64,000 bases of DNA from an uncultured Planctomycetaceae bacterium (GCA_963833985.1 CAWIAD010000002.1:4128001-4192000); one strand, 5' to 3'; counted from the first letter of the stretch, positions 1-11,292 are shown. Program-made: numbers and translations. Notes: generated by a model from the letters alone, not told the origin.

Positions 1-1
1 G

Positions 2-499
2 GCGAGCATCGGCGAGAACATCGCCCTGGGCTCGGAGCAGGCCACCGCCGCCGAGATCCAGAACGCCGCGCGGATCGCCAACGCTCACCAGTTCATCGAG
101 CAACTTCCCGAGGGCTATCAGACCGCCGTCGGCGAGCGTGGGGTGACTCTCTCCGGTGGCCAGCGGCAGCGCATCGCGATTGCTCGCGCCGCCGTCCGCA
201 ATGCCCGCTTTCTCATCCTGGACGAGCCCACCACGGGGCTCGACGAGGAAAACGAACGGGCCGTTTTCGAGGCCCTCATCAGGCTCGCCCAGGGACGTAC
301 CACGTTCTGGATCACACACGATCTGCGACTCGCCGCCCGCGCCGACCTGATCCTCTACCTCGAAGGCGGCCGCGTCGTCGAGCACGGCAGCCACGAGGAA
401 CTGGTCCGCAGGCGCGGCCGCTATGCGGCCCTGCACGCACTGCAATCGCCGGCCAACTCCCCGGGCAACCCCCAGTCCTCACTGGTGTTCGCGGGCTGA
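2..499 (+). CDS. ABC transporter ATP-binding/permease, C-terminal part (5' end outside window)
   Basis: Open from base 2: SIGENIALG...ARIANAHQFIEQLPEGYQTAVGERGVTLSGGQRQRIAIARA...ILDEPTTGLD (ABC signature, Walker B); stop at 497-499. Confidence 0.9.
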   Translation, partial: ASIGENIALGSEQATAAEIQNAARIANAHQFIEQLPEGYQTAVGERGVTLSGGQRQRIAIARAAVRNARFLILDEPTTGLDEENERAVFEALIRLAQGRTTFWITHDLRLAARADLILYLEGGRVVEHGSHEELVRRRGRYAALHALQSPANSPGNPQSSLVFAG

Positions 500-1288
500 G
501 ATCCCGCCGCGGGCGGATCGACTCGTTTCGATAATGCAACATCCCGGGGATTTCGGGAAGCGGGCGCTCAACTTCTCGCTACCGTCGCGATAGCTTGGGG
601 GGACAAGCCATGACGGCTTGGCCGGACCGCGCGGTCCGACTTTGTTGGGCATGATTAATCCGTTGAACGCAAACGCGCGCGGATCCGCCGCGCGCGGCCT
701 CGCGCCGCGCCGGCTGGCGGGCGCGGGGAAGATGAGAAACCATGAACCGACTGCGACGAATCGGGTTTGCTGTACTGGGGATGGCTCTACTGAGCGGAGC
801 TTTGACGGGCCGAGAAGCCGCCGCGGGATCGATCACGGCCGCCAGCTCGAGCGATCCTTCCCACACCACCTTGGTGATCGATAATACCCAGACGAGTTAC
901 GCCCTTCCGGTCGTGGTCTTCACGCTCGATTTCGCTTCCGGCACACCGATCTCGCTGAGCTTGACCGTGGATGGCGCCGGTAGCTACGAGCTGATCGCGG
1001 CCACGGCGAACGTCACCAATTCCACAACCGAGAACTGGTCAACGTTCCTGATCGATTTCGCCAGCGCCCCGGCGGGGAGCTTCTTCTACGGCGTGGGATA
1101 CAATACATCGATATCGCCGAATCAATTTCAGACCGCTACATTCTACCCCAACGGGTCACAGACCACGGCCCTGTTGCTCACGGGAGGCACAGGTGTGCCC
1201 GGCGGGCAGTTGACCGCCCTGGAGCCGGGGGTCACGACAACCCAGGCCGGTACATTCGTGGTCCGGTTCACGCCCAACGGTAGCCTAC

Positions 1289-3289
1289 CCCATGTTTGGG
1301 GTGAGATCGCCTTCCGCGCGACTGCTGCCACGCATAATTCCTCTATTTTCCAGGGGTTGGCGAGCGGCATACCCGTTTTTTTCCGAAAAGTGTAGTGACA
1401 ATATCGACGCGATTACTTCGGAATTTACCTTGATTTCGCCTTGAAATCGGCGCGTTCCGTCGTGATACTTCACGACATGTACCTGAGAACCATAAAAGTC
1501 CGGTCGTCCAGCGGTGCGCTGAACGAGTACGTCCGCGTCGTCGAAGCCTATCGCGACAACGGTAAGGTCAAGCAACGCACCGTGGCCGATCTGGGACGCA
1601 AGGACCTGCTTGCGGAATTGTTTCCCAAGCTAAAACGCTTGCTCGGTCAAGATGTCGAGTCGGAGTCCGCTGGGGACGAGGATCTCGACATCCTGGACGC
1701 TTCCACCTGGGGGCCGGTCCTCGCCGTCCGGGCCTTGTTCGACCAACTCGGGCTCTGGACCATCCTCGACGAATCACTCGGCAAAGCCAAAGGCGTGCCG
1801 TTTACTGACCGGGCCTTCGTGCTCATTGCCAATCGCCTGATTCACCCCGCCAGCGAACACGGCTTGGCGGGGTGGCTGGAGACCGACTTCGTCTGTGATC
1901 GCCAAGGCCGCCGTTTTGTTCCTCGCTGGCACCAGCACAAGCGGGTTCGCGTCGACTTTCGCCAACTGGAGTCCTGGTACCGGACCCTCGATCAACTCGT
2001 GGACGCCAAGGAACGGATCGAGGTGGCTCTTTATCACCGCCTTCGCGACCTGTTCAGTATCAAGCCGGACCTGGTGCTCTATGACATCACGAGCACCTAC
2101 TTCGAGGGAGCTGGACCGGCCAACTTCGCCAAGCATGGCTACAGTCGGGACGGCAAGCCGCACAACGTCCAGGTGATCGTCGGAGTGGTGATGGTGGGCG
2201 GCTGGCCGATCGCTCATCACGTTTGGGCCGGCAACGAAGTCGACCACCAGACCGTGCAGAAAGCCATTCGTGATCTGCACCAGCGATTTGGTTTCAGCCG
2301 CCTCGTTTTTGTCGGCGATCGAGGCATGATCACCAATGACAATCTGGAAGCGATCACTGGCGACAAGCATGGCTATCTTGTGGGCGTGAAGCGAAGGCGG
2401 AACGCAAAGTTGACCAAGTGGCTGGCTGCCCTCGACGATGCCAAGTGGATTTCTTGCCCGGTAGGGATCACCGCCCGGGAAAAGACCAATCCACCGCGCA
2501 CTCGGGCGCAAGAGGTGCCGTCAGGAGTTGAAGGTTTGCGGATAATCATCGTCGATTCCGACGAGCGCCGCGAATACGAGCAAGCCATGCGTCAGAAGGC
2601 CATGGAGCGGACACATCAATCGCTCGAAGAAGTTGCAGGGGCGTGTGGCGGCAGGGAAGTTGAAACAGCCCGAGAAGATTGGCGCCGCAGCCGAGCGCCT
2701 CCTGCAACGAAACCATGGCTATCGTTACTATTCGTGGGACCTCGACAAGGGGATTTTCCGCTACTTTGAGAACACGAAGGGTCTGACCAATGAGCAGGGA
2801 ATCGAAGGCAAGTATGTGATCGCCACGAGTGAAGCAGCGCTCAGCGTGCTTGAGGTCGTGGCGATCTACAAGGACCTGAGCGATGTCGAGCGCGGGTTTC
2901 GCCAGCTCAAGGACGTGCTGGCCAGGCGGCCGATTTATCATCAGATTGAGGAACGAGTAAAAGCACATATTTTCGTAGCTGCACTGGCATTACTGGTCCA
3001 GCGGCTATTGCACCGCCGACTTGAGCACGCTGGGATAGATTTCTCTCCAGAGAGGGCGATGCAAGCTCTCTCCACGCTCCGGGTGGTGACCCTCCGTCTC
3101 GACGATCAGCCCGAACGGCAAGGAGTCAGTGGAGGCTGCCCCGATGCGCGGCGGGTCCTGAAGGCGCTGGGCTTAACCGAGCTCAGGCCGCCAGCCCCAC
3201 CGGAAGACGAAAAAACCGTGATGTAGTGACAATCTGAAAAATCGCCCCTTGCGCCGCAAGGACTTAGGGCGACCCACCCCAAACATGGG
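1289..3289 (+). mobile_element. IS1634-family insertion sequence
   Basis: Perfect 15-bp terminal inverted repeats CCCATGTTTGGGGTG (1289-1303) and CACCCCAAACATGGG (3275-3289); CTAC duplicated at 1285-1288 and 3290-3293; internal 12-bp direct repeat TGTAGTGACAAT at 1391-1402 and 3222-3233. Confidence 0.92.
1477..3226 (+). CDS. IS1634-family DDE transposase (one frameshift near 2627)
   Basis: MYLRTIKV...VEAYRDNGKVKQRTVADLG, LYDITSTYFEG, HGYSRDGKP, VFVGDRGM; second frame carries YKDLSDVERGFRQLK, RPIYHQ, RVKAHIFVAALA. Confidence 0.9.
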
Positions 3290-3450
3290 CTACCCGGCCC
3301 GACCGCCGTTCCCGAGCCGCCGAGCCTGGTCCTGGCCGGCGCGGCGCTGGGGCTGGTCTCCGTGTTGCGATCGCGCCGCCGCCGCCGAGCCGTGTGGTCG
3401 AGCCGACCGGCCGGATGAACAAACGCGGACACGGCACGGCGAACGCGCGC

Positions 3451-5361
3451 CTACCAGTTTGCCTCCACCGCGTGCTCCCAGTGCGGGTACAGTGCTTCGA
3501 GCCGCTGCTTGAGCGCGCGGTGCCGGTCCTGGGTACCCACGGCCTTGAGCGCGTCGCGATAGGTGGCGGGCTGACCGAGCAGGTCCTCGACCGCGGCCAG
3601 CTCGGTTTCGACCTCGCCGATCTCGCGCTCCAGGTCGGCGGCCTTGCGGTAGGGGAACTTCTTCTTCGCGGCCTTGTCTTTTTCAAGAATCCTTGCCGCC
3701 GTGAGGGAAGGGGGGGCAGACCGGGCGCGGGCCTTGTCGGCTGCCGATTCGTTCTCTTGCCGCACCAGGGTCTGGTAGGTCTCGTAGTTTCCTTCGATCA
3801 CCCGCGCGCGTCCGCCTCCCAGGACGAGCAGGCGATCGGTCACCTGGTTAAGGAAATAGCGGTCGTGGCTGACGACCAGGACGGTCCCCTCGAACTCGCG
3901 GATGGACCGTTCCAGGGCCTCGCACGACCAGATATCGAGGTGGTTGGTGGGCTCGTCCATGACCAGCAGGTTCGCGTTCGTGGCACAGAGCCGCGCCAGC
4001 GCGGCCTTGGCCTTCTCACCGCCGGAGAGCTGGCCGACTGTCTGGAAGACCAGCTCTCCGGTCAATCCGAACCGGGCCAGCAGGTTGCGGACGTCACCCT
4101 CGACCCAGGCCGGGTCGTCCTCGGGCCAGACGGCCCGCACCACGGTTGTGCCGGGCGAGAGCGACTGCAACCCCTGATCGTGATAGCCCACCTGCACCTT
4201 GTGCCCCAGCTTGACCTCGCCGTGATCGGCCTTCTCGCGGCCGATCATGGTCTTGATGAGCGTGGTCTTGCCCGAGCCATTCGGGCCCATCACGCCCAGG
4301 CACTGGCCGCGCAGCACCGCCACGTTCAGCTCTTGAAACAGGGGCCTGTCGTACGATTTGGAGAGGTTGCGGGCTTCGATGACGATGTCGCCGGAGCGGT
4401 CCACCTCCTCGAACCCCATGACGGGCCCGACAATCTCACGCATCGTATCGACCCGCTCGCCTTGCAGCTTCTCGAGCTTGCGCTCGCGATCGTGGGCCTG
4501 CTTGGCGCGCTGGCCCGCCCCGTATTTGCGGATGTAGGCCTCCAGCTTCTCCGCCTTCTCTTCCTGGCGCTCGGCCTGCCGTTCGAGCACCTTGGCGCGC
4601 TCGGTGCGTAGCTTCCAGTACTGTGTGTAATTGCCGGGATAGATTTCCAGCTTGCCCTCGTGCAGCTCCCAGGTTTTCGTGACGACCCTGTCCAGGAAGT
4701 AGCGGTCGTGGCTGACAACGAGCATCGCCACCGGCTGCCGCGCGAGGTAATTCTCCAGCCACTCGGTCGTTTCGATGTCGAGATGGTTGGAGGGCTCGTC
4801 CAGGAGCATGAGGTCGGGACTTTCGAGCAGCAGCTTGGCGAGCATGAGCCGCGACTGCTGGCCGCCGGAGAAGGTGCGCGCAGGGCGCTGGAACTCGGCC
4901 TCGCTGAAGCGGAGGCCGAAGAGGATCTCCTCGACGCGATGTTCGATCGCGTAGGCGTCCTGGTGCAGCAGCCGCTCGTGTAGCTCATCATAGCGGCGGG
5001 TGGCGCGGTCGCGATCGGATTGGTCCTCGGCCTCGGCCATCTCCTGCGCCGCTTCTTCGAGCTCACGCTGGAGGTCCAGCAGCGAGGCCAGCCCCGACCG
5101 GGCCACGTCCATCAGGGTCTCCTCCGCACCGAATTCCGGCTGCTGTTGCAGCAGGCTGATGCGAATACCCGGCCGCACGTGGATCTGCCCGTACTCCGGG
5201 GCCTCGCTGCCGTCAAGCAGCTTCATGAGCGTGGTCTTGCCCGCGCCGTTGGGCCCGACCAGCCCGATCCGCTCTCCCGCGCGGATCTCGAAAGCCAGAT
5301 CAAGGAATATGGGATCGCCGGCGTACTGGCGGCCAAGGCCGTGGGCGGAGATGAGAATCAT
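3451..5361 (-). CDS. ABC-F family ATP-binding protein (Uup/YheS-like)
   Basis: Two ABC domains (GPNGAGKTT, FSGGQQSRL, LLDEPSNHLD; GPNGSGKTT, LSGGEKAK, MDEPTNHLD), no TM segments, C-terminal coiled coil. Confidence 0.92.
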   Translation of the reverse strand: MILISAHGLGRQYAGDPIFLDLAFEIRAGERIGLVGPNGAGKTTLMKLLDGSEAPEYGQIHVRPGIRISLLQQQPEFGAEETLMDVARSGLASLLDLQRELEEAAQEMAEAEDQSDRDRATRRYDELHERLLHQDAYAIEHRVEEILFGLRFSEAEFQRPARTFSGGQQSRLMLAKLLLESPDLMLLDEPSNHLDIETTEWLENYLARQPVAMLVVSHDRYFLDRVVTKTWELHEGKLEIYPGNYTQYWKLRTERAKVLERQAERQEEKAEKLEAYIRKYGAGQRAKQAHDRERKLEKLQGERVDTMREIVGPVMGFEEVDRSGDIVIEARNLSKSYDRPLFQELNVAVLRGQCLGVMGPNGSGKTTLIKTMIGREKADHGEVKLGHKVQVGYHDQGLQSLSPGTTVVRAVWPEDDPAWVEGDVRNLLARFGLTGELVFQTVGQLSGGEKAKAALARLCATNANLLVMDEPTNHLDIWSCEALERSIREFEGTVLVVSHDRYFLNQVTDRLLVLGGGRARVIEGNYETYQTLVRQENESAADKARARSAPPSLTAARILEKDKAAKKKFPYRKAADLEREIGEVETELAAVEDLLGQPATYRDALKAVGTQDRHRALKQRLEALYPHWEHAVEANW

Positions 5362-5449
5362 GGAGATCCATCAAGAAGAATACAGGAAGGTTTGGCGGGC
5401 GTCGGCCCATCGACCCCTCGTCGCCCGAGCGTCGATTCTACGATGCCCA

Positions 5450-6780
5450 TCACGCTTCGTCGCCCAGTGTTTTCTTGGTTCGCAGCATGTGATGGTAGTG
5501 CTGCGCGAAGCGGTGGGCCTCGTCGCGAACATACTGGAGCAGGCGGAGGGCGAAAGACCGGCGCCGCAGGACCAGCGGATCGGAGCGCCCGGGGATGTAA
5601 ATCTCCTCCTCGCGTTTGGCCAGCGAGATGACCGTGGGGGGCGTCACCTTGAGGGTCTCGAAGGCGTCCAGGGCCGCACCGAGCTGGCCCTTGCCGCCAT
5701 CGATCAGCAGTATGTCGGGGAACGGTTCGTCACGCTCCCGGAGCCCCTGGATGCGCCGCGTGATCACCTCGCGGATCGAGGCGAAGTCGTCCACGCCCTG
5801 CACCGTCTTGATGCGGTAGCGGCGGTATCCCGGCTTGAACGGCAGGCCGTCCACGAACGTGACGAGCGAGCCAACCGTCTCGGTCCCGCCCAGGTGCGCA
5901 ATGTCCACCCCGTCGATGGTCCGCGGCACGGAATCGAGAGCGAGCACCTGCTTCAGCCCCTTCAGTCCCCTGCGCGGGTCGACATAGAAAACCTCGGGCT
6001 GGGCGTGCCGGGCCAGATCGCCGCGCAGGCTCAGGTTCTGCAAGGCCTTGATCTCGTCGCGCAGCCGGGCGGCCTTCTCGAACTGGAGGGCCTTGCTGGC
6101 CTCACGCATCTCCTCGTCCAGCTCTCGGAGCACGACGTCCTTCTTGCCGTCGAGGAACAGTCGCAGCCGCTGGATGTCGCGGCGATAGGTCTCCTTGTCG
6201 ATGCGCAGGTTGCACGGAGCGGTGCACTGGTTGATGGAGGCAAGCAGGCATGGACGAAACCAGCGCCAGCGCACGTCGTCCTCCTCGATGTCCAGCGAGC
6301 AGGTGCGGAACTTGAAGATCCGCTGGAGCACCTGGATCGCCCCGCGCAGGCTTCGGGCCCGGGGGAACGGGCCGTACAGCTTCACCCCCGAATCCTTCGG
6401 CTCACGCGTGAAGTTCACCCGCGGGAAGTCCTCGCCGGTGGTGATTTGCAGGTACGGGAACGTCTTGTCATCCTTGAGGTCGTGATTGTACTTCGGCTGG
6501 ATGTCCTTGATCAGCCGGGCTTCCATCAGCAAGGCGTCCACCTCACTGTCGGCGGCCAGGTGGTCGATGTCGGCCACCTCTTCGATCCAGTCACAGATCC
6601 GCTTGTCCTGGGCCGCGGCCTTGTGGAAATAGGAACCCGCGCGGCGCGCAGGTTCTTTGCCTTGCCCACGTAGATCACCCGGCCCTGGGAGTCCTTCATC
6701 AGGTAAAGGCCAGGGCTGGCCGGGAAGGTCTTGACCTTGTCGGCGGGACTGACGGGACCTTCAATCTTCGTGTCCGACAT
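5450..6780 (-). CDS. uvrC: Excinuclease ABC subunit C (frameshift near 6643; no C-terminal HhH domain)
   Basis: GIY-YIG start PGLYLMKD...[29 protein letters not shown] motif FEKAARLRD, RNase H-like [33 protein letters not shown]. Confidence 0.9.
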
Positions 6781-7414
6781 GGATGCCTCGCTTATCCGTC
6801 AGCGATGGAACTGCTCCTGAGCGTACCTCGACAACCGCGGGCAAATTCGCCACCCGCTCCTCAAGCCAGCGGGCGCAGAGTTCCGAGACCGATTCTCGCG
6901 ATGCGAGGGCCTGGACCTGAATCATGTTCAGAACCCGACGCGGAATCGCGATGGAGATCTGTTTGAGCTCAGGCTCGCGGCGCATCGTGCAGGTCAGGTT
7001 GTAGAGACGGCCGTCATCAAACGAAACCCTGACCCCAGACCCAAGAACCAGATGCTGGATCGGCCCGGAAGTCACACCGCCGTCAACGTGTACTGGAACG
7101 TCAAGCAAGAGTTCTCGAAACTCCTCGAGGGACATCTCGCTCGTAGGCAACCGGTCGGACAGGGGCAGGGATTCAGGCAGTTTGACGGTGGGTAAATGGA
7201 ACTGGATCGTGAAGGAAGCCAGCCGCGGCTCCTCAGTTTTGAACGGCGTGTAAAACGTCAGCTCCAGAGAACCGTACTTCCAGATCTGCGGATTCCGTTT
7301 CGTTGAGACGTCCTCGGGCTCGCCGAGCAGATCGCGAACCTCCAGCATGGACAGACCGCAACGGAGGTTTCCCAGCCGGCCAGTGCACAGGAATTCCCGG
7401 AATGATGCCATCAT
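6761..7414 (-). CDS. Hypothetical protein with possible C-terminal ribbon-helix-helix
   Basis: ATG at 7414 overlaps upstream stop (ATGA); [36 protein letters not shown]...[12 protein letters not shown]-terminus [37 protein letters not shown]; stop overlaps uvrC start. Confidence 0.7.
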   Translation of the reverse strand: MMASFREFLCTGRLGNLRCGLSMLEVRDLLGEPEDVSTKRNPQIWKYGSLELTFYTPFKTEEPRLASFTIQFHLPTVKLPESLPLSDRLPTSEMSLEEFRELLLDVPVHVDGGVTSGPIQHLVLGSGVRVSFDDGRLYNLTCTMRREPELKQISIAIPRRVLNMIQVQALASRESVSELCARWLEERVANLPAVVEVRSGAVPSLTDKRGIHVGHED

Positions 7415-7746
7415 TCTTGCCCCATGCGATCGAGAGCGACGACCAGCATTCGTAATTCCCGCAGGCTTCCGCGAGCCCTTGCGTGAAGAGCACCCTCGAT
7501 GCCCATGATGTGCTTCATAGCCCGCTGCACCGTACTGCTCAGTCCGTTGCGCCACTCGGGATCCGCCAACCTCTGCTCGATCAGCCGCGCCGCGGCGTCA
7601 AGGTCCGAAGCGTCTGTTCCCGAGAATACGGAACGAAAGACGATACCACCGAGATGATCGGGACGAAGTGCTACCTCGATACTTCCCACATGAACATGGC
7701 AGCCCTTCGTTGCCCAATCGTCGCTGATGGCTGAAATCCGACACAT
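7411..7746 (-). CDS. Hypothetical protein (111 aa)
   Basis: GAGGGG before ATG; stop coupled to the next ATG; fills the gap between pgm and the next ORF. Confidence 0.6.
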   Translation of the reverse strand: MCRISAISDDWATKGCHVHVGSIEVALRPDHLGGIVFRSVFSGTDASDLDAAARLIEQRLADPEWRNGLSSTVQRAMKHIMGIEGALHARARGSLRELRMLVVALDRMGQE

Positions 7747-7822
7747 CGACCCCTCAGTATGGGCCCCCAGCTCTTCGAGGGTCCGCCTGAGGCGAATCTC
7801 CTGGTGTGTTGAGACTTCGCGT

Positions 7823-9657
7823 TCAATACGCTGGAATCGCCACCCTCACGTATTCTTCGATATCCTGCGTCATGCGGTCAAGTCGCGATGCCGTATCTGC
7901 CTTGGCCTCGGCGAGGTGCGCGGGGCCGTGCACGGCGGTCCTGGCGAAGAGGTAGAACTTGATCTTGGGCTCGGTTCCCGAGGGCCGGGCGGCGAAGCGA
8001 ACGCCGGGAAGCTCGGTGTGGAAGATGAGCAGATCGCCGCTCGGCCGGGGCAGGGGGCGTGCACCCTGGCCGCCCGTGAGGTCCCTGATCTCGTGGTTCT
8101 GGTAATCGAAGACCTCGGTCACGTTGAGACCGGCGATCGTCCGGGGCGGGTCCGTCCGGAACATCCTCATCAGCTTCAAGATCGTCTCCAGTCCTTCCCG
8201 GCCCCGGTAGACCTTGTTGATCAGCCGCTCGCCGTGGTGGCCAACGTCTATGTAGAGATCATCGAGGTACTCCATCACGGTCTGCTTGCGATCCTTCACC
8301 GTCGCGGCCAGCTCCGCAAAGAGCAGGGCGGCCACGGCGGCATCCTTGTCACGCGCGTGAGTCCCCTTCAGGTAGCCATGCGACTCCTCGTAGCCGAAGA
8401 GGAAGCCCGCGGGTCCGGCCTCATCCACCCGCTCGCCAATCCATTTGAAGCCGACCAGTAAATCGTCCTCGGTCCGGATGCCCTCGCGCTGGGCCAGCGC
8501 CGGCCCATCTGGCTCGTGACCAGCGTGGTGATCAGGAAGTGGTCGGACCTCAGTTTCCCCAGGACCTCGGTTTCCTTCATGACGAACGCGGCCAGCAGGA
8601 CACCGATCTGGTTGCCGTCGAAAGTCGTCCAGTCGCCCCGCGGATCGCCGCTGGTGGGAACCGCGACGCCGATCCGATCGGCGTCAGGGTCGCTGGCGAG
8701 CACCAGGTCGGCTCCGGTGGCCCGCGCCTCGGCGATGGCGGCTTCGAGGGTCCGTGGGTTCTCGGGATTGGCCACGTGGCCAGGAACGCTGGGAAAGTCT
8801 CCGTCGGGCGTGCGCTGGGCGGCGAGAATGTTCAGCCGCTCGAAGCCGGCAGTACACAGTGCCCGGGCCACCGAGGTTTCTCCGACTCCCTGGAGCGGCG
8901 TGTAGACGATGGAAAGGTCACGCGCGTGGGTGACCGCTTCACCCACGACGGCCGCGATGTAGGCGTCGTCGACCTCGGGCCCGACGAGAACGATCCGGCC
9001 CTCGACGACTCCCTGCTCGAATGGCAACTCGGGGATCTCTCTTGAGGAGACCTGGTTGACGCAGTCGATGATTCCCGCGTCGTCCGGGGGAATGACCTGG
9101 CCCCCGCTCGGCCCGTAGCACTTGAAGCCGTTATCCGCGGGCGGGTTGTGCGAGGCCGTGATCATGATTCCCGCATCGCAGCGCAAGTGGCGAACGGCGA
9201 AGGAGAGCAAGGGGGTCGAGCGTGCCTCGGGAAACAGGTGGGCCTGGAAACCGGCCGCGGCCAGCACCCGGGCGCAGAGCGCGGCGAACTCGGCCGAATT
9301 GTGCCGCGAATCACGCGCGATCACGCACGAGCGCGGCTCATCCCTGCGCTTCCTCGCCGCGACGTAATCCGCCAGGCCGCGGGCACTCTCGGCGATGGTG
9401 CGCTCGTTGAGGACGTTGGTCCCCACGGGATACATCGTGCCGCGCCGGCCCCCCGTGCCAAACTCCAGGACCGTGAAGAAGGCATCGTCCAGGGCCTTCC
9501 AGCGACCCGCCTCGATGTCCTCGAGCAGACGCGTCCGGTACCGGGCAAAAGGCGCCTCCTTCAACCAGCGGCGAATCGCGGCCGCGGCCGACCCGGAGAG
9601 CACCGTGGCCGCTTCGGCCTCGGCCAGCTTCGCAAGGGCATCATCTTCGGTGATCAT
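7823..9657 (-). CDS. Phosphoglucomutase/phosphomannomutase (frameshift near 8500)
   Basis: LEFGTGGRRG, phosphoserine motif ITASHNP, metal loop DPDADR, GYEESHGY, RDKDA, RPSGTEPKIKFY. Confidence 0.92.
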
Positions 9658-10200
9658 GGTTGCCGTACTCCGTTGCTGACCTCAGAGCCTCGAACCCGAA
9701 CCTACCCGGCGACGGCGGAACCGGCAAGCCGGCGACGCGCCCGGGGCCTCGCAAACCCGCCGCAGGAGCCGCGAGAAGGTGGCCGATCGGTCGTCGTAAA
9801 GCTTTACTTTAGCGAAACTTTAGCCGTTTTTCTCACCCCCTCGGGGTTGTAAATCCGGGCGTTTTGTAAGTTCGTCTTGACACCCAGATCCCGGGCAAGC
9901 GAATCCTCCTCCGTCCGACATCCTGAGGACCGGTGAGCTTGTGGCCCGATCGCGATCGTAAACTCAAGGTTCCGACCATGATCAGTCATCCCTTCCACGG
10001 CCGCCAGAGGAAATCCATGTCTTCGGCACGCCACTTGCTTTTCGCTTGCACGCCAGCCTGAAGCGATGGTGCTCACAGCCGGGAATTTTCACTCAAGTCG
10101 TGCAGGCTTCTCGTCAGCGTCGCCGCGGGAAAGCGGCCATGCACGTACCCGACCAGGAGCGAGTGCTCGGGTCGAAAGCCGATAGACAGGGAGGTCCGCG

Positions 10201-11292
10201 ATGACTCGGCCAAAATTCCGACGGTCGCTCCGGTTCGAGAACCTGGAATCCCGCGAGCTGCTCTCCGGCGGCATCGCCACTCCCACGGCTCAAGAGCAGT
10301 ACATGCTCGAGCTGATCAACCAGGCGCGTACGAATCCCCAGGCGGCCGCCGTCCGAGTCACCAGCAACCTCACCCCGGACATCGTCTCCACTCTGGCCTA
10401 CTACAACGTGAACGTGAATGCCACCGAGCAAGCCATCGCGAACACGCCCGCTCAGCCTCCGCTGGCCTGGAACCCGGACCTTGCGGCCGCGGCACAGGCA
10501 CATAGCAATGACATGGCCACCAATCAGTATCAGTCGCACACCGGCTCGGACGGCTCGTCGCCAGACCAGCGCATGCAGCAAGCCGGCTATACGGGTACCA
10601 GCTCGACGGGCGAGAACGCCTTCGCCTACGCCTCCTCCGTCGACGAAGCCATGCAGGCGTTCCTGATCGACTGGGGTGTTTCCGATCAGGGGCATCGCCG
10701 CAATCTTCTCCAGCCGGGCGTCTCCGCGAACAACGCCTACCAGTCGGTGGGCATCGGCATCGCGGCGACACCGGCCAACTCGAATGTTGGACCGATGGTG
10801 GTCACCCAGGACTTCGGCAGCCAGCCCAACCACCTCGCCTACGTCGTGGGCGCTGCCTACTACGATAACCAGCACACGGGCATGTACGGCATCGGCGAAG
10901 GTCAGGCCGGCATGCAGATTGACGCCACGAACCTGGCCACCGGACAGACGACCTCCACCCAGACCTGGAGCTCCGGCGGCTACCAGATCCAGCTCGCTCC
11001 GGGACGGTACCAGATCACGGCAAGCTGGAACGGCACCGTCTTCCAGAGCGTTCCGATGACGATCGGCAGCACCAACGTCCAGCAAGACTTCGTCCTCTCC
11101 AACCCCTGGGACGGCCGCTCGCGTGACCAGGTGCTCGGATCGCTGGCGCCCGCGACCACTGCGGCACCCATGGTCTCCATCACTCCGCCGGCCCCGACCG
11201 TGCAGCCGGCCACCGCAAACCTGCCCCTGGTGCTGGGAGCGCTTCCCACCTTCTCTGGCTCGTGGACCTCGTGGCAGGCCCAGGTGAGCTGA
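10201..11292 (+). CDS. CAP/SCP-domain extracellular protein
   Basis: GGAGG RBS; planctomycete N-terminal motif LRFENLESRELLS; EQYMLELINQAR, AAQAHSNDM, SHTGSDGS, GENA, GHRRNLL, VTQDFG. Confidence 0.88.
   Translation: MTRPKFRRSLRFENLESRELLSGGIATPTAQEQYMLELINQARTNPQAAAVRVTSNLTPDIVSTLAYYNVNVNATEQAIANTPAQPPLAWNPDLAAAAQAHSNDMATNQYQSHTGSDGSSPDQRMQQAGYTGTSSTGENAFAYASSVDEAMQAFLIDWGVSDQGHRRNLLQPGVSANNAYQSVGIGIAATPANSNVGPMVVTQDFGSQPNHLAYVVGAAYYDNQHTGMYGIGEGQAGMQIDATNLATGQTTSTQTWSSGGYQIQLAPGRYQITASWNGTVFQSVPMTIGSTNVQQDFVLSNPWDGRSRDQVLGSLAPATTAAPMVSITPPAPTVQPATANLPLVLGALPTFSGSWTSWQAQVS

Larger units (their letters stand above)
742..3418 (+). pseudogene. PEP-CTERM sorting-domain secreted protein interrupted by IS1634
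   Basis: Signal peptide at 742. Removing the IS (1289-3289) and one CTAC copy restores an in-frame end ...NGSLPGPTAVPEPPSLVLAGAALGLVSVLRSRRRRRAVWSSRPAG* (VPEP, TM helix, basic cluster), TGA at 3416-3418. Confidence 0.88.

Noticed and set aside
742..1395. 217-aa ORF as a complete native gene
   Set aside because: Its last 35 or so codons come from the IS1634 left end; the real C-terminus lies at 3290-3418.
3394..6673. Long antisense ORFs (3394-4611, 5000-6673, and similar ones such as 36706-39024, 26865-28271, 62058-63488)
   Set aside because: Shadow ORFs opposite well-supported genes, expected in high-GC DNA; no recognisable motifs.
9660..10200. Riboswitch or ncRNA in the long intergenic region
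   Set aside because: I could not match a known aptamer consensus by eye; an Rfam/Infernal scan would be needed.
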